Positions 45,401-57,393 of a stretch of 57,393 bases of DNA are shown here, in pieces. The notes below the pieces were generated by a model. It did not search any database, was not told the origin of the DNA, and saw only the letters and a list, made by a program, of their open reading frames with translations. The DNA is from Scenedesmus sp. PABB004 (taxonomy: Eukaryota), in NCBI GenBank assembly GCA_014905635.1, contig JABVCE010000012.1, positions 1,178,001 through 1,235,393 on the forward strand. Direction: 5' to 3'. Positions within the stretch are counted from its first letter, which is position 1. Every line of letters starts with the position of its first letter. The position numbers and the translations under genes were made by a program.

Positions 45401-48400
45401 GGCGGCGCCCGCCGGCCACCGGCAGGAGCGCGACCCTGGCGCGGCGGCAGCGTCGGCGGGCCCGCACGTGATCACGGCCGCGCTGCCGGCGCCGCTGCTG
45501 GCGCTGCTGCTGCGCCTGCAGGCCAACCGGCGCGCGCTGCTGCGGGCCATGCGCGCGCCGGGGCCGTCGCTCACTGGCTGCTGCCTGTGGGACGCGGGCC
45601 CCGTGCAGGCGGCGGTGGACGCGTGGCACGCGGCCGCGGCCGCCGCGCCGCTGGGGCCCGAGGACAAGGGCCAGGCGCGGCTGGTCGTCGGCCTGCTGCT
45701 GCTCGCGCAGGCGGCGGGCTGCCTCCTGCACCACGGCGTGCGCGTGGCGCACCTCTTCCTGTCACACAGCCTCGCGCGCCTGCCCTCCCTGGCCGAGGCC
45801 TGCGCTGAGGGCGCCGCCGCGCTGTCGGCCGCGTACGCGCGCGTGGAGCGGGGCGGGCCGCGCGCGGGCGCGCTGGCCGACGGCGACGGTGCTGCGGTCG
45901 GCGCCGCCGCTGCGGCCGAGGACGAGGACCACCCCAGGCTGGACCAGCTGCGGCAGCTGCTGCGCCGGCTCGAGGCCGCCAAGCCGGTGCGCGGCGCGCC
46001 GGCGCGCGGTGGCTCGGCGCGCCCCGCCTCGCCGCCGCCCCTCGCCGCGGCGCGCCCAGCCTCTCACCGTGCCGCCGTCGCCGCGCGCCGTGCCAGGGCT
46101 GCACCGTGCTGCTGGTCGCCGAGGCCCGGGCCGTCTTCACCCTCCTCACCCCGCTCGCCTCGGCGGGCTTCCCCGCGGCGCAGCTCGACCGCGGGCGCGC
46201 GCTGCTGGCGGACGGCGGCGGCGCGGGCGCGCCCGCCTGGCGCGCCGCGGCGGCGACCGCGCTGGCGGGCGCGCGCTGCGTGCTGGCGACGCCGGCGCAC
46301 CTGGCGCATGCGTGCATGCCGCTGGAGGGCTTTGACGTGCTGGTGGAGTGCGACGGCGGCGGCGGCCCGGGCGAGCCGGGCAGCAACGAGGCGGCCAGCG
46401 CCACCGCGCCGGGCCGCGCGGCGGAGCATTTTGCGGGGCGCCACTACGTGCTGCGCACGGCGCCGCCAGACCTCGGCGCGGCGGCGTGCGGGGCGGCGCC
46501 CGCGCCGGCGGCCGCGCCCGAGCCGGCGCGCAAGCCCGGGTTGGGCGCGGCCGTGCCGCCGGCGCGCGCCGCGCCCGACCCGCCGCCGGCGCGCGCGCGC
46601 GCGGCGGCGGCGGCGGCGAGCTGCCGCTGGTGCTCAACCGCGGCCCGGGGGCCCTGCTGCGCCGCCGGCCGGCACTGTACAACGCGCTGCTGCAGCTCGA
46701 GGCGCGGGGCTTTGCGCTCGTGGAGCGCGCGCTGCGCGGCGGCGGCGCCGGCGGCGGCGGCGGGGGCGCGCCCGGCGGCTGCGTGGACGTGGTGCTGTCG
46801 CCGGCGGCCTGCCTCTGCGTCTGGGACGCGGCCAAGCTGCCGCAGGTGCGCGCACACGCACGGCCTGGGCGGCGCGCGCCAGTGCTGGCGCCACGCGGCG
46901 CCGCTGACGCGCCCGCGCTGCCGGCTCCGCGCAGGAGCCCGGCGCCGCCGCCGACGCGCTGGCGCGGGAGGTGCTGGCGCTGTCGCTGGCGTACGAGCAG
47001 CTGGTGTTCGTGCTGGAGCTGCCCGACGCGCTGCTGCAGCCCCTCGTCGGCGCGGCGCCCGCGCTGCACGGGCTCGCGCGGCGCGGCGGCGTGCGGCTGC
47101 AGCTGCTGTGCAGCTTCACCGCCGCCGGCACGCAGGACATGGTGCTGTCGATCTGCGCCGCCACGGCGGCCGCCTTTTGGGCCGGCCCGGGCGACGGCGA
47201 CGGCGCCAGTCCGCGCCCGCCCGGCGGCCTGTCAGACCTGCCCAGCGCGGCCGAGGCATTCTGGGGCGCGTGCGCGGCCGCCAACCCGCTCAGCGCGGCG
47301 CAGCTCGCCGCGGCGCCGGCGCCACTGCGGGCGGTCGTCGACGCCGTGGCCGCGGGCGGGGCCGCCGCACTGGCGCCGGGCCTGCCCGAGCACAGCGCCC
47401 GCCTGCTGGCAGCGCAGCTCTCGGCCAACCACATGCGCCTGGAGCCCAGCCCCCCGCCGCCATCCGCCCGCAAGCGGCCGCGGGGCGCGTGGGAGCACGG
47501 CGGCGGCGAGCAGGGCGGCGCCTGGGCACTGGACGAGGAGCAGCAGGGTGGTGCCTGGGCGCTGGAGGCGCAGCAGCTGGAGCAAGAGCGGCAGCGGCAG
47601 CAGCAGGAGCAGGAGCACGCGTGGGCGCTGCAGCAGCACCAGCTTGAAGGGGCGGCCCACCAGGGCTGCTATGGCGGTGCGGCAGAGGCAGCGGGGGGCT
47701 GGTACGGCCACACCCGCGACGCGCCCGCGGGCGAGGCGTGGGCCACGGAGCTGGAGCGCTCGCCCGGCGGCGCAGGCGGGGGTGGCGAGCAGCCGGGCTG
47801 GCTGGAGCCGGCGGCCGGGCCGCAGCCCGGCCGCTGGCAGCACGCGTATGAGGAGGAGCAGCCGCGCCAGCGCGCGCGCCACGCCGGCGCGTGGGCGCAG
47901 GCGGGCGGCGGCCCGTGCGCGGAGGCACGCTGGCCCAGCGGCGGTGACGCCACCGCCGGCCGGGGACGGCACGGCGCGGACCTGGGCGGCGGCGGCGGCA
48001 TCGACCCCGGGGGTGTGCTGGACGCGTTTTTGAGCAGCCGCCAGCCGGCCGGCGCGGGCTGGCGCGGCAGTGCTGGTGGCCAGCAGCCGCAGCGCGCGCG
48101 CGGGCAGGCGGGCGCTGCGGAGGGCCCTGCCCGCGGCGGCGGCTCCGGCGAGGGCTGGGGCGGGCGCCCGCGCCCCCGGGCGCCGGGGCGCGCCTGGCCG
48201 GCCGCCGGCGACGGCGACGGCTTTGGCGGCTGGGACGCGGAGGAGGGCAATGAGGCGCTGCCTGACATCGCCCTGCCGTTCGACCTGGACGTGAGCACGG
48301 ACGCCGACGCCGACGCGCCCCCGCCGCGGCGCGGCGGCGGCCGCCTGCCGCGGCGCCAGCCCCAACTCCAGCACTGGCAGTGGCAGGGCGACGACGGAGA

Positions 48401-48835
48401 GGCAGAGGCGGGCGCGGCGTGGCCGCGCGGCGCCGGCGCCGCGGCCGGTGGCGGCATCGGGCGCGGCCGGGCGCAGGGCCTCGCTGGCGCGGGCAAGGCG
48501 CGCCGCCCGCTGGCCGGCCTCCTCGGCAGCCGGGTGGCAGGCGGCGGCGGCGGGGGGGGCCGCCCCGGCGTGCGCGCGCGCAACATGTTCAGCGCCGGCG
48601 ACGACGACGAAGACCATGGCGGCGGCGGCGGCGGCGCCGATGGCAGCCGCGGCGGCGACGCCGACGGCTCGGTCGCGACCGGCGCGAGCCGGCTGACCGT
48701 CGCCGCCTTCATGCCTCACCGGCACCCCACGCGCCAGCTGATGTACGGCCGGCCGCAGCGCGGCGGCGGCGGCGGCGGGGCGCGCGGGCGGGGCCGGGGC
48801 GCGGGCAGCTGCAGGCCAAGCTGTGCTGGGGCTGA
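42466..48835 (+). CDS. SHOC1/ZIP2-like meiotic crossover protein (XPF-like domain); several introns; apparent frameshifts at ~46590 and ~48780
   Basis: Ordered blocks recalling plant SHOC1: LYCDWSVL, SDLDFF, QAAGCLLHHGVRVAHLFL, DHPRLDQL, RRRPALYNALLQLEARGFALVER..VDVVLSPAACLCVWD, LALSLAYEQLVFVLE, LQLLCSFT, PSAAEAFWGACAAANPLSA, and C-terminal RQLMY..QAKLCWG* (stop at 48835 after a frameshift; otherwise 48977). Confidence 0.75.
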
Positions 48836-48951
48836 CGCGGGGGTGCCGTGGTCGGGATGTCACGCGCAATCGAGGCAAAAGCGCGTCGACTCTCACGCAC
48901 GTGCTGGGGGCCCGGCGCACGCAGCCCGCGCCCGAGCGCCACGCGGCTCTC

Positions 48952-51176
48952 TCACGCCAGGCTGGCCACCACGTTGAGCGCCAGCAGCGCCAGCGCCGAG
49001 GCCCGCCCCGCGGCGCTGCCCATGCCCGGCGCCGCGGGCGCGGCGCGCCGTGGCTCGGCGGCGTCGCCGCCCGGCGCGTCAGGCGCGCCAGCCGCCGCCT
49101 GGCGCGTGGCGAGCACCCACGCGCCCGCGCAGAACGTGGCCGCCGCGAGCGCCGCCACGACGCGCACGCGCGCGGCGGGCGTGGGCGCGAGCACGCCCTG
49201 CGCCATGCCGGCCAGCAGCGCAGCCGCGAAGCCGAGCTCCAGCAGTCCCACGCACGCGATGAGCGACCTGCGCCGCAGCCGCCCACGTCAGCCAGGGGGG
49301 TCAGCGGCCGCGCCCCCCGGACCCTCGCCCGACCGCCCCGCGGCCGCGCCTGTTTTCGCGCAGCCCTAGCTCGCCCCGGTCGGCCGCGCTGCGCAGCGCG
49401 TCGGCGGCGAAGGCGGCGGCGAGGAAGCTGGCGGACCAGCTCTGCCGCATGACCTGGCTCACGGGAGTCGCCTGGACGCGGCGGCAGCAGCGGCCGTCGT
49501 TCGTGCTCGGCGCAATCGCTGGCCGGGCGCGAGCCACGCGCCACGCGCGCGCGGCGGCGGGGGCGCGCCGCGCGCGCACCGTGCCGACGAGGAGGCCGCC
49601 CGCGCGCTGTGCGTCCAGCATCGTCGCGAGGTGCTGCAGCGCCAGCGCCCAGAACGCGACCGCGAGCGGGCTCGCCGGCAGGCGCAGGTCGAGCACACCG
49701 AGCGCCGCCGCTGCGCGGGGGCGGCGGGCGGGCGCCGGGCGGGCGGGCGGCGTCGGCGGCCGCGCCGCCGCCGCCGCGCGCGCGGCGCCCAGCCCGGCTG
49801 CGCGCACTTGACAGCGGCGGCCCCGAGTCGGGCACGAGCTTGGCCAGCAGGCGGTCCATGCGCTTGCCGCGCTGCGCGCGCATCAGCGCCTTGACGACCG
49901 CCTGCACGACAGCGCGCGCCGCGCCGGCCAGCCGCCTGTTGAGGCGGCGGACGGGCGTGGGCGGCGGCGGGGCGGGGCGGGGGGCCGGTGCGCGCGCGGC
50001 GCCGCGCACCCGAGGCCGTGCCGGCCGGCGAGCACCGCCGCGCCGGCCGTGACGGGCGTGACGCTCCGGTGCGGCAGCAGCTCGCGCAGCCGGTCCAGCT
50101 GGCGGCGGGGGCGGCGGCGGGGGTTGGGTGGGGCGCAGGCGGGCCGCGCGCCGCCGCCGCGCGCGTGCCGCGCACCGGCAGCAGGGGCTTGACCAGGTTG
50201 GCCATTGCGGCGCTCACAGCGACTGGGAAGAGCAGCTTCAGAATGAAGTGCGGGTGATACATCTGCCGGCCGCGCGCCAACATCGGCCCGTGAGCCCACG
50301 GGGGAGACGCCGGCGGCGGCGCGCGCAGCGCCGACAGGGCCGGGCTCGGCCGGGGCGGTCCAAGCCCGCGCGCTCACAGACACAGGCGCACCTCGAACGC
50401 TGCCGCGTGCGTGAGCAGCTCCGCGGCGTGCACCGCTGGATAGGAGAGCAGCAGCGCGGTGCTGACCGGATCCGCGCTGCCGCCGCAGTGCGCGAACGCG
50501 GCCCTGAAGCCCGCGAGGTGCGACAGCGCAGGCAACATGCACCCAAGCATCAGGCGCGGCGCGGTGCAGCCGTTGAGCCGCCCCCGCGCCGCAGCGTCCT
50601 GCGGCGGCGCCGCAAGGGGCGCGCGCGGCGTCGCTGCGACTGCTGCGCGGGAGGGCGCGCCAGGGAGGCCAGGGGCGCCAGCGCGCCCCGCGGCAGCAGC
50701 GATAGCAGCACACCCGCAGCAGCAGCGCGACCAGGGCCCGAAAGAGCACCGCGACGCCGATGAACCGGGCCAGCGCGGCCTCGAGCGCGCTCGGCGGCGC
50801 CGCGAGCGCGGCGGCGGCGACGCGCTCCGGCGCTACCACGAGCGCCGCGCCCGCGGCGAGCTTGACCAGCCCCAGCGCCAGGTAGCGCCGCCCGGTCGCC
50901 GCGAGCGCCGCCGCGTCGGCGCCACGCGGCGCGGGCGCTGGCGCTGGCGCGGCGGCGCCATCTGCGAACCCGGAGCCGCGCGGCGCGCGATGAGGCGCGG
51001 CGCGTGCGCTGCCGGCGGCGGCGGCGGGGAGGAGCCGGCAGCGCACCAGCTGCGGCGCGCCAGCGCTCGTGCCGCCGGCGCGGTGGCGCCGGCACGCGCA
51101 GCCTGCTGCGGCGGTTGCCAACTGCTCTGCTGCCGCCGGCGCTGCGGCCGGCGCGCTGCGCCGCCAGCGCCGCCAT
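48952..51176 (-). CDS. Multi-pass membrane protein with plastid-like transit peptide, function unknown; ~6-7 introns
   Basis: MAALAAQRAGRS..RWRAAA|D.. followed by hydrophobic helices (RYLALGLVKLAAGAALVVAP; FIGVAVLFRALVALLLR). The motif LRDAAARGRL recurs as LRSAADRGEL. Confidence 0.65.
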
Positions 51177-51554
51177 GGCAGCGGCGGCAGCGGCGGCGGC
51201 GGATCCTCGGCCGCCGGCGGCCGGGCCTTGGCGCGCGAGAGCAGCGGCGTCACCGAGCTCGCTGCCGGTGACCAGCGCAGGGAGGCCCCGGGCTCGGTGG
51301 GCGCAGCGGGCGCGGTGAGAAGAGCGGCTTGGCACGTCCGGGCGGGGCGGCGGCGCCTCCACGGGCGCCGGCACGAGGGCTCAGCGCGGTGGTCGAAAAA
51401 GAGCCCTAGGCCCCGCCCGATGCTGCGCGCGGGCTGGCACACGAATCCCTGCTGCCGGTGCTCCATCTCGCACCCTAGCCCCGGCCGCCCCGGCAGCTCC
51501 CCGCGCGCCACAGCGCAGCAGCAGCAGGCGGATGCTCCCGGCCCGCCCACAAAC

Positions 51555-54500
51555 ATGGACTTCTGCGCGACGCAGAACGTGACATATGCACACCGAGTCT
51601 GGAATGACGGTGAGCGCCCGCGCGGCAGCTCCGGCGACACCTCTGGCGCCCGCGCCGGCACCAGCGCCGGCAGCAGCGCCGGCGGCCGGGTGCCGCGGCT
51701 GCCGGGGGGCGGCCAGCGGCACCTCCCCCGAGCCCCAGCCCGCGGCACGGGCGCTGATTCCGCGCGCCGCGCCGCAGATGCTCGGGCGTGGTGCCCCGTG
51801 CCCGGCGGCGGCGCGGACGCGCTGCTCTTCGCCGGGCTCGCCGTCTTTGCCAGCTGCGCCACCTACAGCCGCCTGTCCGCCATATGGGTGCTGATGGCAG
51901 GTGTGGCTGCACGCACCCGCGCGCGCGCGGCGGCCGGCGCCGCGGCCGCGCGCGCCAGCGGCGGCCGCCGCCGCAAACGTCACCCGCGCCCCCGCGCCCG
52001 CCCTCCCGTGCCGCGCAGGCGGCGCGTTCCAGGTGGTCACCAACGCGTACAACCTCAACCACCTGTCCAACGCGATCACCATCTGGCTGGTGCGCGCCGC
52101 GCCGCGCCGCGCTCGCGCACTGCGCTCGCGCGGCTGCTGGTTCAATCATTTAGTCAAGCACTTGCGCAGACCCGGGCCCGTGCATTTTGCTCGAGTCCAA
52201 GGGTTCACCGCCCCGGCTCCCAACCCCCCCCCCCCCAGGGCATGCACCCGGCGCTGATGTTCTTCATGATCTTCCTTCCGCCGCTCCTGCTCGACAGCGC
52301 GGCGCGCATCGACGCATTCCTGTTCCGCAAGGCGCGCCGCCCGCGGCGCACGCGGCGCACGCACGCGCGGGGCCGCGCGGCGAGCCCCCCGCACGCCTCT
52401 GCGCGTCCCCACGGCTGCGCCCCGCCCCGCCCCGCGCTGGCCGGCTTGACCGTGCATGTCGACTCGATCAAACGTCCAAACTGAATCAAATTCAAACTCA
52501 AACGACAGATGGCCGTGCACTGCCTCCTCTTTGCCTTTGTCAACGTCGTCGCGTCCACGCTCGCCTTTATCCCCATCATGCTCGGTGGCCTCGGCCTCGG
52601 CGCGACCGGGTGGCGCCCCGTCGACGCGGCGCTCTTCGGCGCGATGCTCGGGTCGACCGACGCCGTCGCCGTCGCGGCGGTGCTCAAGGCCGGTGCGCCC
52701 CGCGGCGCCGCCGCCGCGGCGCGCCGCCGCCGCGCCGCCGCCTGGCGCGCGGCGCGCGCAGCGGCCGCGCGCACCGCACACGCCCGCCCCACGGCCCCGC
52801 CGCGCCTCCCGCCAGGCGGCGCGCCGGAGATGCTCGTCGTCCTGCTGGAGGGCGAGTCGCTCTTCAACGACGCGAGCAGCCTGGTGCTGTTTGAGATCTT
52901 CCTCAAGCTCGGCACCGAGGAGAGCGGCGGCGGCGCCGACCCGGGGCTGGGCGCGTCGCTCGGCCACATCACGCAGCTCATCGCCTGGCTCGCCGCGAGC
53001 GGCGCGGCCGCGGGGCTCGCGATGGGCCTCGCCGTGCGCCTGCTGCTGCGCCTGCTGCAGCGCCGCGCGGTGCCGCCGCCGGTGGAGGTCGCCATCTCCC
53101 TGGCGGGGGCGTACACGGTCTACCTCTGCACCGGTGGGCGCCCCGCGCGCACGCGTCAGCCGGGGCCGCCCGGCGGCAGCGCAGCCCGCCGGCCGCCGCC
53201 GCACTCACCACCCGCACTCGCCCGCACTCGCCCCGCCCCGCTCCATAGAGTTCTACATTCATGGCTCGGGCGTGATTGCGGTCGTGGTGTTTGGGTGCGC
53301 GGCGCGGCGTGGCGCGGCGCGCTGCGCGCCCGCCCGGCCGCCCGGCCGCGGTGCTGCCGGCCAGCGCGTGACCGCGCCCCGCCGCCGCGCGCCGCGGCCG
53401 CTGCGCCGCGGCCGCTGCGCCGCGGCAGGCTGTACGGCGCGAGCACCTTCCTGTGGGGCTACTCGAGCAAGACGCTGCGCACCAACGCACACCGCCAGTT
53501 CTGGGACACCCTCAGCTTCATCGGTGCGCCGCCGCCGCCGCAGCTGCGCGCGCGCGGGCGCCGCCGCGCCGGGCGGCACGCCGGCGCCGCTTCCGCTGCC
53601 ACGCTGACCGCCCCGCGCCGCCGGCCGCGCCGCGCAGCCAACAGCCTGGTCTTCTTTTACTCTGGCTCCTCCATAATGAACTTTGTCACCACCAGCTCCA
53701 CCAGGTGAGGCCTAGGAGGTGTTGCTTGGCGGCCCAGAGAGCCAGCGAGGGCTGGTTGACGCAGGAGGCGGGCCGAGAGCGCAGCGGCGCACGCGGCAGG
53801 CGGGCAGCGCAGGTGGTCGCGCGGTGTGCGGCCGCCGACGCCTCCGCCGCCGCGCCCGCCGCCGCAGCCTCACGGGCGAGCTGCTGGGCGGCGGCAGCAA
53901 GGCCGCGCGCTGCTGCTGAGCGCGCGCAAGCTGCCTGGCATCCTCGGCGCCGTCTTTGCGCTGCGATGGGCGCTGATCTCCCTCGAGGCCCCGCTGCTCA
54001 GCCTCGTCGGCCCCGCGCTGAGCTGGCAGGAGGTGCTCTTCGCCGCGGTGAGCCCCGCGCGCGCGCCCGGCAGCGCGCGCAGCGCGCGCAGCGCGGGGTC
54101 GCCCAGCCAGCGCCCCGCGCCGGCTCACGCGGCTGCCGCCGCCGCCGGCGGACCGCGCGCGCAGCTCGGTGGCCTGCGCGGCGGCCTGGCGCTCATCCTG
54201 GTGCAGACGGTGCTGGCGGGGCACGGCGAGACCGACGACCCGCGGCTGAAGGTGCGAGTGAGGGCGCGGCGACGTGGCGCGCCGCCGCGGGCGTGCGCGG
54301 GGCCCGGCTGGCCAGCGCGGCGCCGCGACCGCAACCCGGCGCTGCCGCCCCGCGCGCACGCGCGCAGGTGGTGCACGCCGAGATGGCGCTGTGGGTGAGC
54401 GCGGTGGTTTTGTTCACGCTGACCGTCAACGCGCCGCTGCTGGGGCCCCTCATGAACTGGCTGGGCCTCAACAAAACCACGCCCGCGCAGCGCACATGCA

Positions 54501-57393
54501 CCGGTGCGCGCGCCCGCCGCCGGCACCCGTGCCCACCGCCGCCCCGCGCGCCGCGCGCCGCGCGCCGTGCGACCGCGCGGCCGCACTCTGCGCTGTGTGC
54601 AGGCGCGCCGCCGCGGCGCTGGCCGCGTTCACGCGGCGCACGATCGGGGATCTGAAGGTCGACGACGACGAGATGCTGCGGGGCGTGGACTGGGCGGCCG
54701 TCACGGCGGCGTCCGACATCGCGGCCGCCGCGCAGCGCGTGCTGCGCTCCGACGCGGCCGCGGGCGTGGCCGCGGCTGCGGCCGCGGGCGCGCGGCAAGG
54801 AGCTGGGCGGCGCCGCCAGCGGCGGCGGCGGCGGCGCAGCGGCGCGCTCTCGCGCAGCGCCTCGCGGCGGCGGCCCGAGGGCGCCGCGTTCTCCTCGCCG
54901 GCGGTCAGCATGCCGCTGTCCGACGGCGACGCCTGGCGCAGCTGGCCCGTGGACGGCGACGGCCACGCCACGCCGCCGGCGGCGCCGGCGCGCCCGGCGC
55001 CGCTGAGCCGCGCCAGCCTGGCGCGGGACAGCGTGAGCTTCCGCGGCCTCGCCGCGCCGCTGCTGGCGCGCGGCGCGAGCGCGTCGGGGCGCGCGGCGGA
55101 GCGCTACCGCGCCGTCCCCGGGCTGGCCGGCCTCGACGGCGACGACGACGGCGGCAGCGACGCCGGCGGCAGCGACTCCGGCGGCGGCAGCGACGACGAC
55201 GTCGAGCGCGGCGGCGGCGACGCGGCCGCCCGACCGTGGTGGCGGAGAGCGCGAGCGAGGCGGTGTTCATTGCCTCGCGCCTGCAGCAGCAGGACGAGCA
55301 GCTCGCGCAGCACGCGGTCGAGGCGGACCTGCCGCCGCTGTCGCACGCGGCGGCGGAGCCGCCCGACGCGGCCGCGGGCGACAGCATGAGCGGCGCCGCC
55401 GGCGGCGGCGGCGACGACGGCGACGGCGGCGACGACGGCGACGACGACGGCGAGGCCGACGCGGCGGACGACGGCGACGCCGCGGCCGACGCGGAGGGCG
55501 CCGCCGCCGCCGCCGCCGCCGCCGCGGCCGCTCCACTCGTCCCGCCGCTCGTCGCGCTGCGCTCGCTGGCGGGCGAGTATGCGACGTCCGCGATCGGGCG
55601 GCTGTCGATGGCGGGGCACTCTGCCGCGCCGGCGGGCGAGGCGGACAGCGGCGAGCTCGTCCCGCCCGCGGCGCTGCCCGGCGGCAGCAGCTTTGTCGGC
55701 GGCCGCCACGGGCTGCGCTTTGCCGCCGGCATGGCCTGCTGGGCGACCCGCGGCCGAGCGAGCCGCGGCGCCGCCGCGTGGCCGACTCGTTCAGCTTCCA
55801 GGCCGCGCAGCCGGGGTGCGGCTGCGGCGACGCCGGCGCCCCGCCCGGCGCGGCCGCGCGTGGAGCGCGACGGCGCCGGCCGTCGACGCGCCCGGCCGCG
55901 GCGGCGGGCTCAGCCTCGCCGCCGACCCAGGGCTGAGCCTGGCGGAGGGCTTTGACACGATGAGCGAGCTGAGCGAGGCGTCCGAGGAGATGACCCAGGA
56001 GGAGGTGCGGCGCCGCGGCGCGCGGGGCAGCGGCGCGGCGCGGGGCAGCGGCGCGCCGCGGGGCAGCGGCGCGGCGCGGGCGCGCGGGCAGCGGCTGGGC
56101 GCAGAAGCGCGGCGCCGCCGCTGCCGAGCGCGGCCCCCGCCGGCGCGGCCCGCAGTTCCTGGTCGAGTGCCGCGTGTCGCTGCTCGCCGGGCTCAAGCAG
56201 CACTTTCGGTTCAAGGCGGCCGAGGGCCTGCTGAGCGGCGACAGCCTCCGCATGCTCGACTACGCCTGCAACGCCTGCCTCAGCAAGCCGAGCAAGCCGC
56301 TCGCGCTGTGGAGCGTGATCGGGCGCGACGTCCAGCGCGGCGCGCTCACGAGCGGCACCGCCTCGCTGCACCAGGCGCTGCGCGGATACCAGGCGCTGCT
56401 GCTGCGCGTCGCGCAGGGCGGCGGGCCGCGCGGGCGGCTCGTGCGCGCGCTGCTGCTGCGCCCGTGCGCAAGTGCAGCCAGCTGCTGCACAACCGCCTCG
56501 GCAAGGTGCGCGCGGCGCGGGCGCGGGGCGCGGCTGCACGTGCGGCGCGGCGGCGCGGGCCGGGCCGTCCGGCGCCGACGCCCACGCGCGCTCGCTCTCG
56601 CGCTGTCGCCGCCCCAGGTCGCGCTGTCTGTGCTGGAGGTCGCGCTGCAGCTCTGGCTAGCGCTGACCGCGAGCCCGCAGGCGCGCATGGCCCGCCAGAG
56701 CCGCACGCTCGCGGGCGCGATGCTGCAGGTGCGCGCCCGCGTGCCCCACGCCCGTGTGCCCGCGCGCGCCCGAGGCCGCCGGCCGGCTGCGCGCCGCGCC
56801 GCACGCAGCATGCGCTGCGTGGCGTGCGGCGGCCCGCCCCGACGACGCCCCCGGCGCCTGCGCCGCGCGCAGGAGGAGCTGCGCGCCGAGGCGGAGGCTG
56901 TGTGGCGATTCATCACAGGTGGGCGGCCCCGCCGCGGCGGGCGGCCCCTGTCGCGGTCCCTCCTCCGCGCCCCGCCGCGCCGCGCGCTCTGGGCTGCGCG
57001 CGCTCTCGCGTGACAGCGCGTGACAGCGCGTGCCGTGCCCGCCGTGCCCGCCGCGCGCAGACCGGCAGATCGAGGCGCCCGACGAGTTCGCGAGCCTGCA
57101 GACGCACAGGGCCAAGCTCGCGGTCGCGCGGCGGCAGCTCGCTTTCGTCGAGCAGCTCGCAGAGGTGGGTGCGCCGGCCATGGCCGCCCTGCAGAGGGGG
57201 CAGCGGGGCGCGGCCGCCGTGCGCCGCGGCGGCCCGGGCGCGCCGCGGGCGCACAGCCGCGCGCGCGCGCACGCCGCACAGGTCGGCGCGGTCGAGGCGG
57301 CGGCGGCGGAGGCCCTGCAGGAGGTGGTGGAGCACCACCTGCACCGCCTGGAGGCGCGGGGGCCGTCGTGGCGCTCGCCGACCATGACCGGTG
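51555..57393 (+). CDS. CPA1-family Na+/H+ antiporter, SOS1/NHX7-like; many introns; 3'-truncated by the window end; apparent frameshifts at ~55230, ~55740-55860 and ~56460
   Basis: MHPALMFFMIFLPPLLLDSA, FGAMLGSTDAVAVAAVLK, LLEGESLFNDASSLVLF, HGSGVIAVV, FWDTLSFI|ANSLVFFYSG, GGLRGGLALIL, VVLFTLTVNAPLL, and the cytosolic segment RVSLLAGLKQHF..EGLL. Confidence 0.9.

Noticed and set aside
48836..48977. Tail-to-tail coding overlap between the SHOC1-like ORF (to 48977) and the membrane-protein gene (from 48952)
   Set aside because: The SHOC1-like C-terminal motif QAKLCWG* ends at 48835 in another frame, so the overlap is probably a frameshift artefact.
35226..57025. Small local duplications (35226-35277 UTR; ~40524-40595, ~56017-56080 and ~57008-57023 in introns; GGCGCGC run at ~39519-39560) and poly-Gln/Ala/Gly codon runs
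   Set aside because: These are ordinary slippage products in very GC-rich DNA, with no terminal repeats, target-site duplications or shared sequence between introns to suggest introner elements.

Overview
Eukaryotic nuclear DNA of very high GC (roughly 80% by eye), gene-dense, with many short (~90-330 nt) GC-rich spliceosomal introns (typical donor GTGCG/GTGAG, acceptor CGCAG) and TGTAA poly(A) signals. This fits a chlorophyte green alga, probably Sphaeropleales (inference). Most long ORFs in the track are GC-driven shadow ORFs. By splicing exons by hand I can support 18 protein-coding genes plus one candidate small ORF. In order: Moco sulfurase (ABA3), RR-type tandem CCCH zinc finger, GSI/FluG-like glutamine-synthetase-family protein, RD21-like papain with granulin, flavodoxin, candidate small ORF, GCK-domain protein, PAP/fibrillin-like protein, bacterial-type secreted metzincin with Ser-Pro linker, HEAT-like unknown, SUV2/ATRIP-like, IscA, secreted Cys-rich protein, QCR10, TPT-family transporter, SGNH-like hydrolase, SHOC1-like meiotic protein, plastid-type membrane protein, and an SOS1/NHX7-like antiporter cut by the window end. 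I found no rRNA, tRNA, CRISPR or intact mobile element, and no clear-cut new multi-gene system. The best leads are: (i) a motif-dense divergent promoter shared by flavodoxin and an unknown ~109-aa ORF; (ii) an inverted CCCH relic plus intron-like signals on the minus strand just downstream of the zinc-finger gene; (iii) frequent AG|GCGCG GC-AG introns; (iv) a SHOC1-like meiotic gene. Several single-base frameshifts look like consensus errors. All family assignments come from motif recognition, not database searches.
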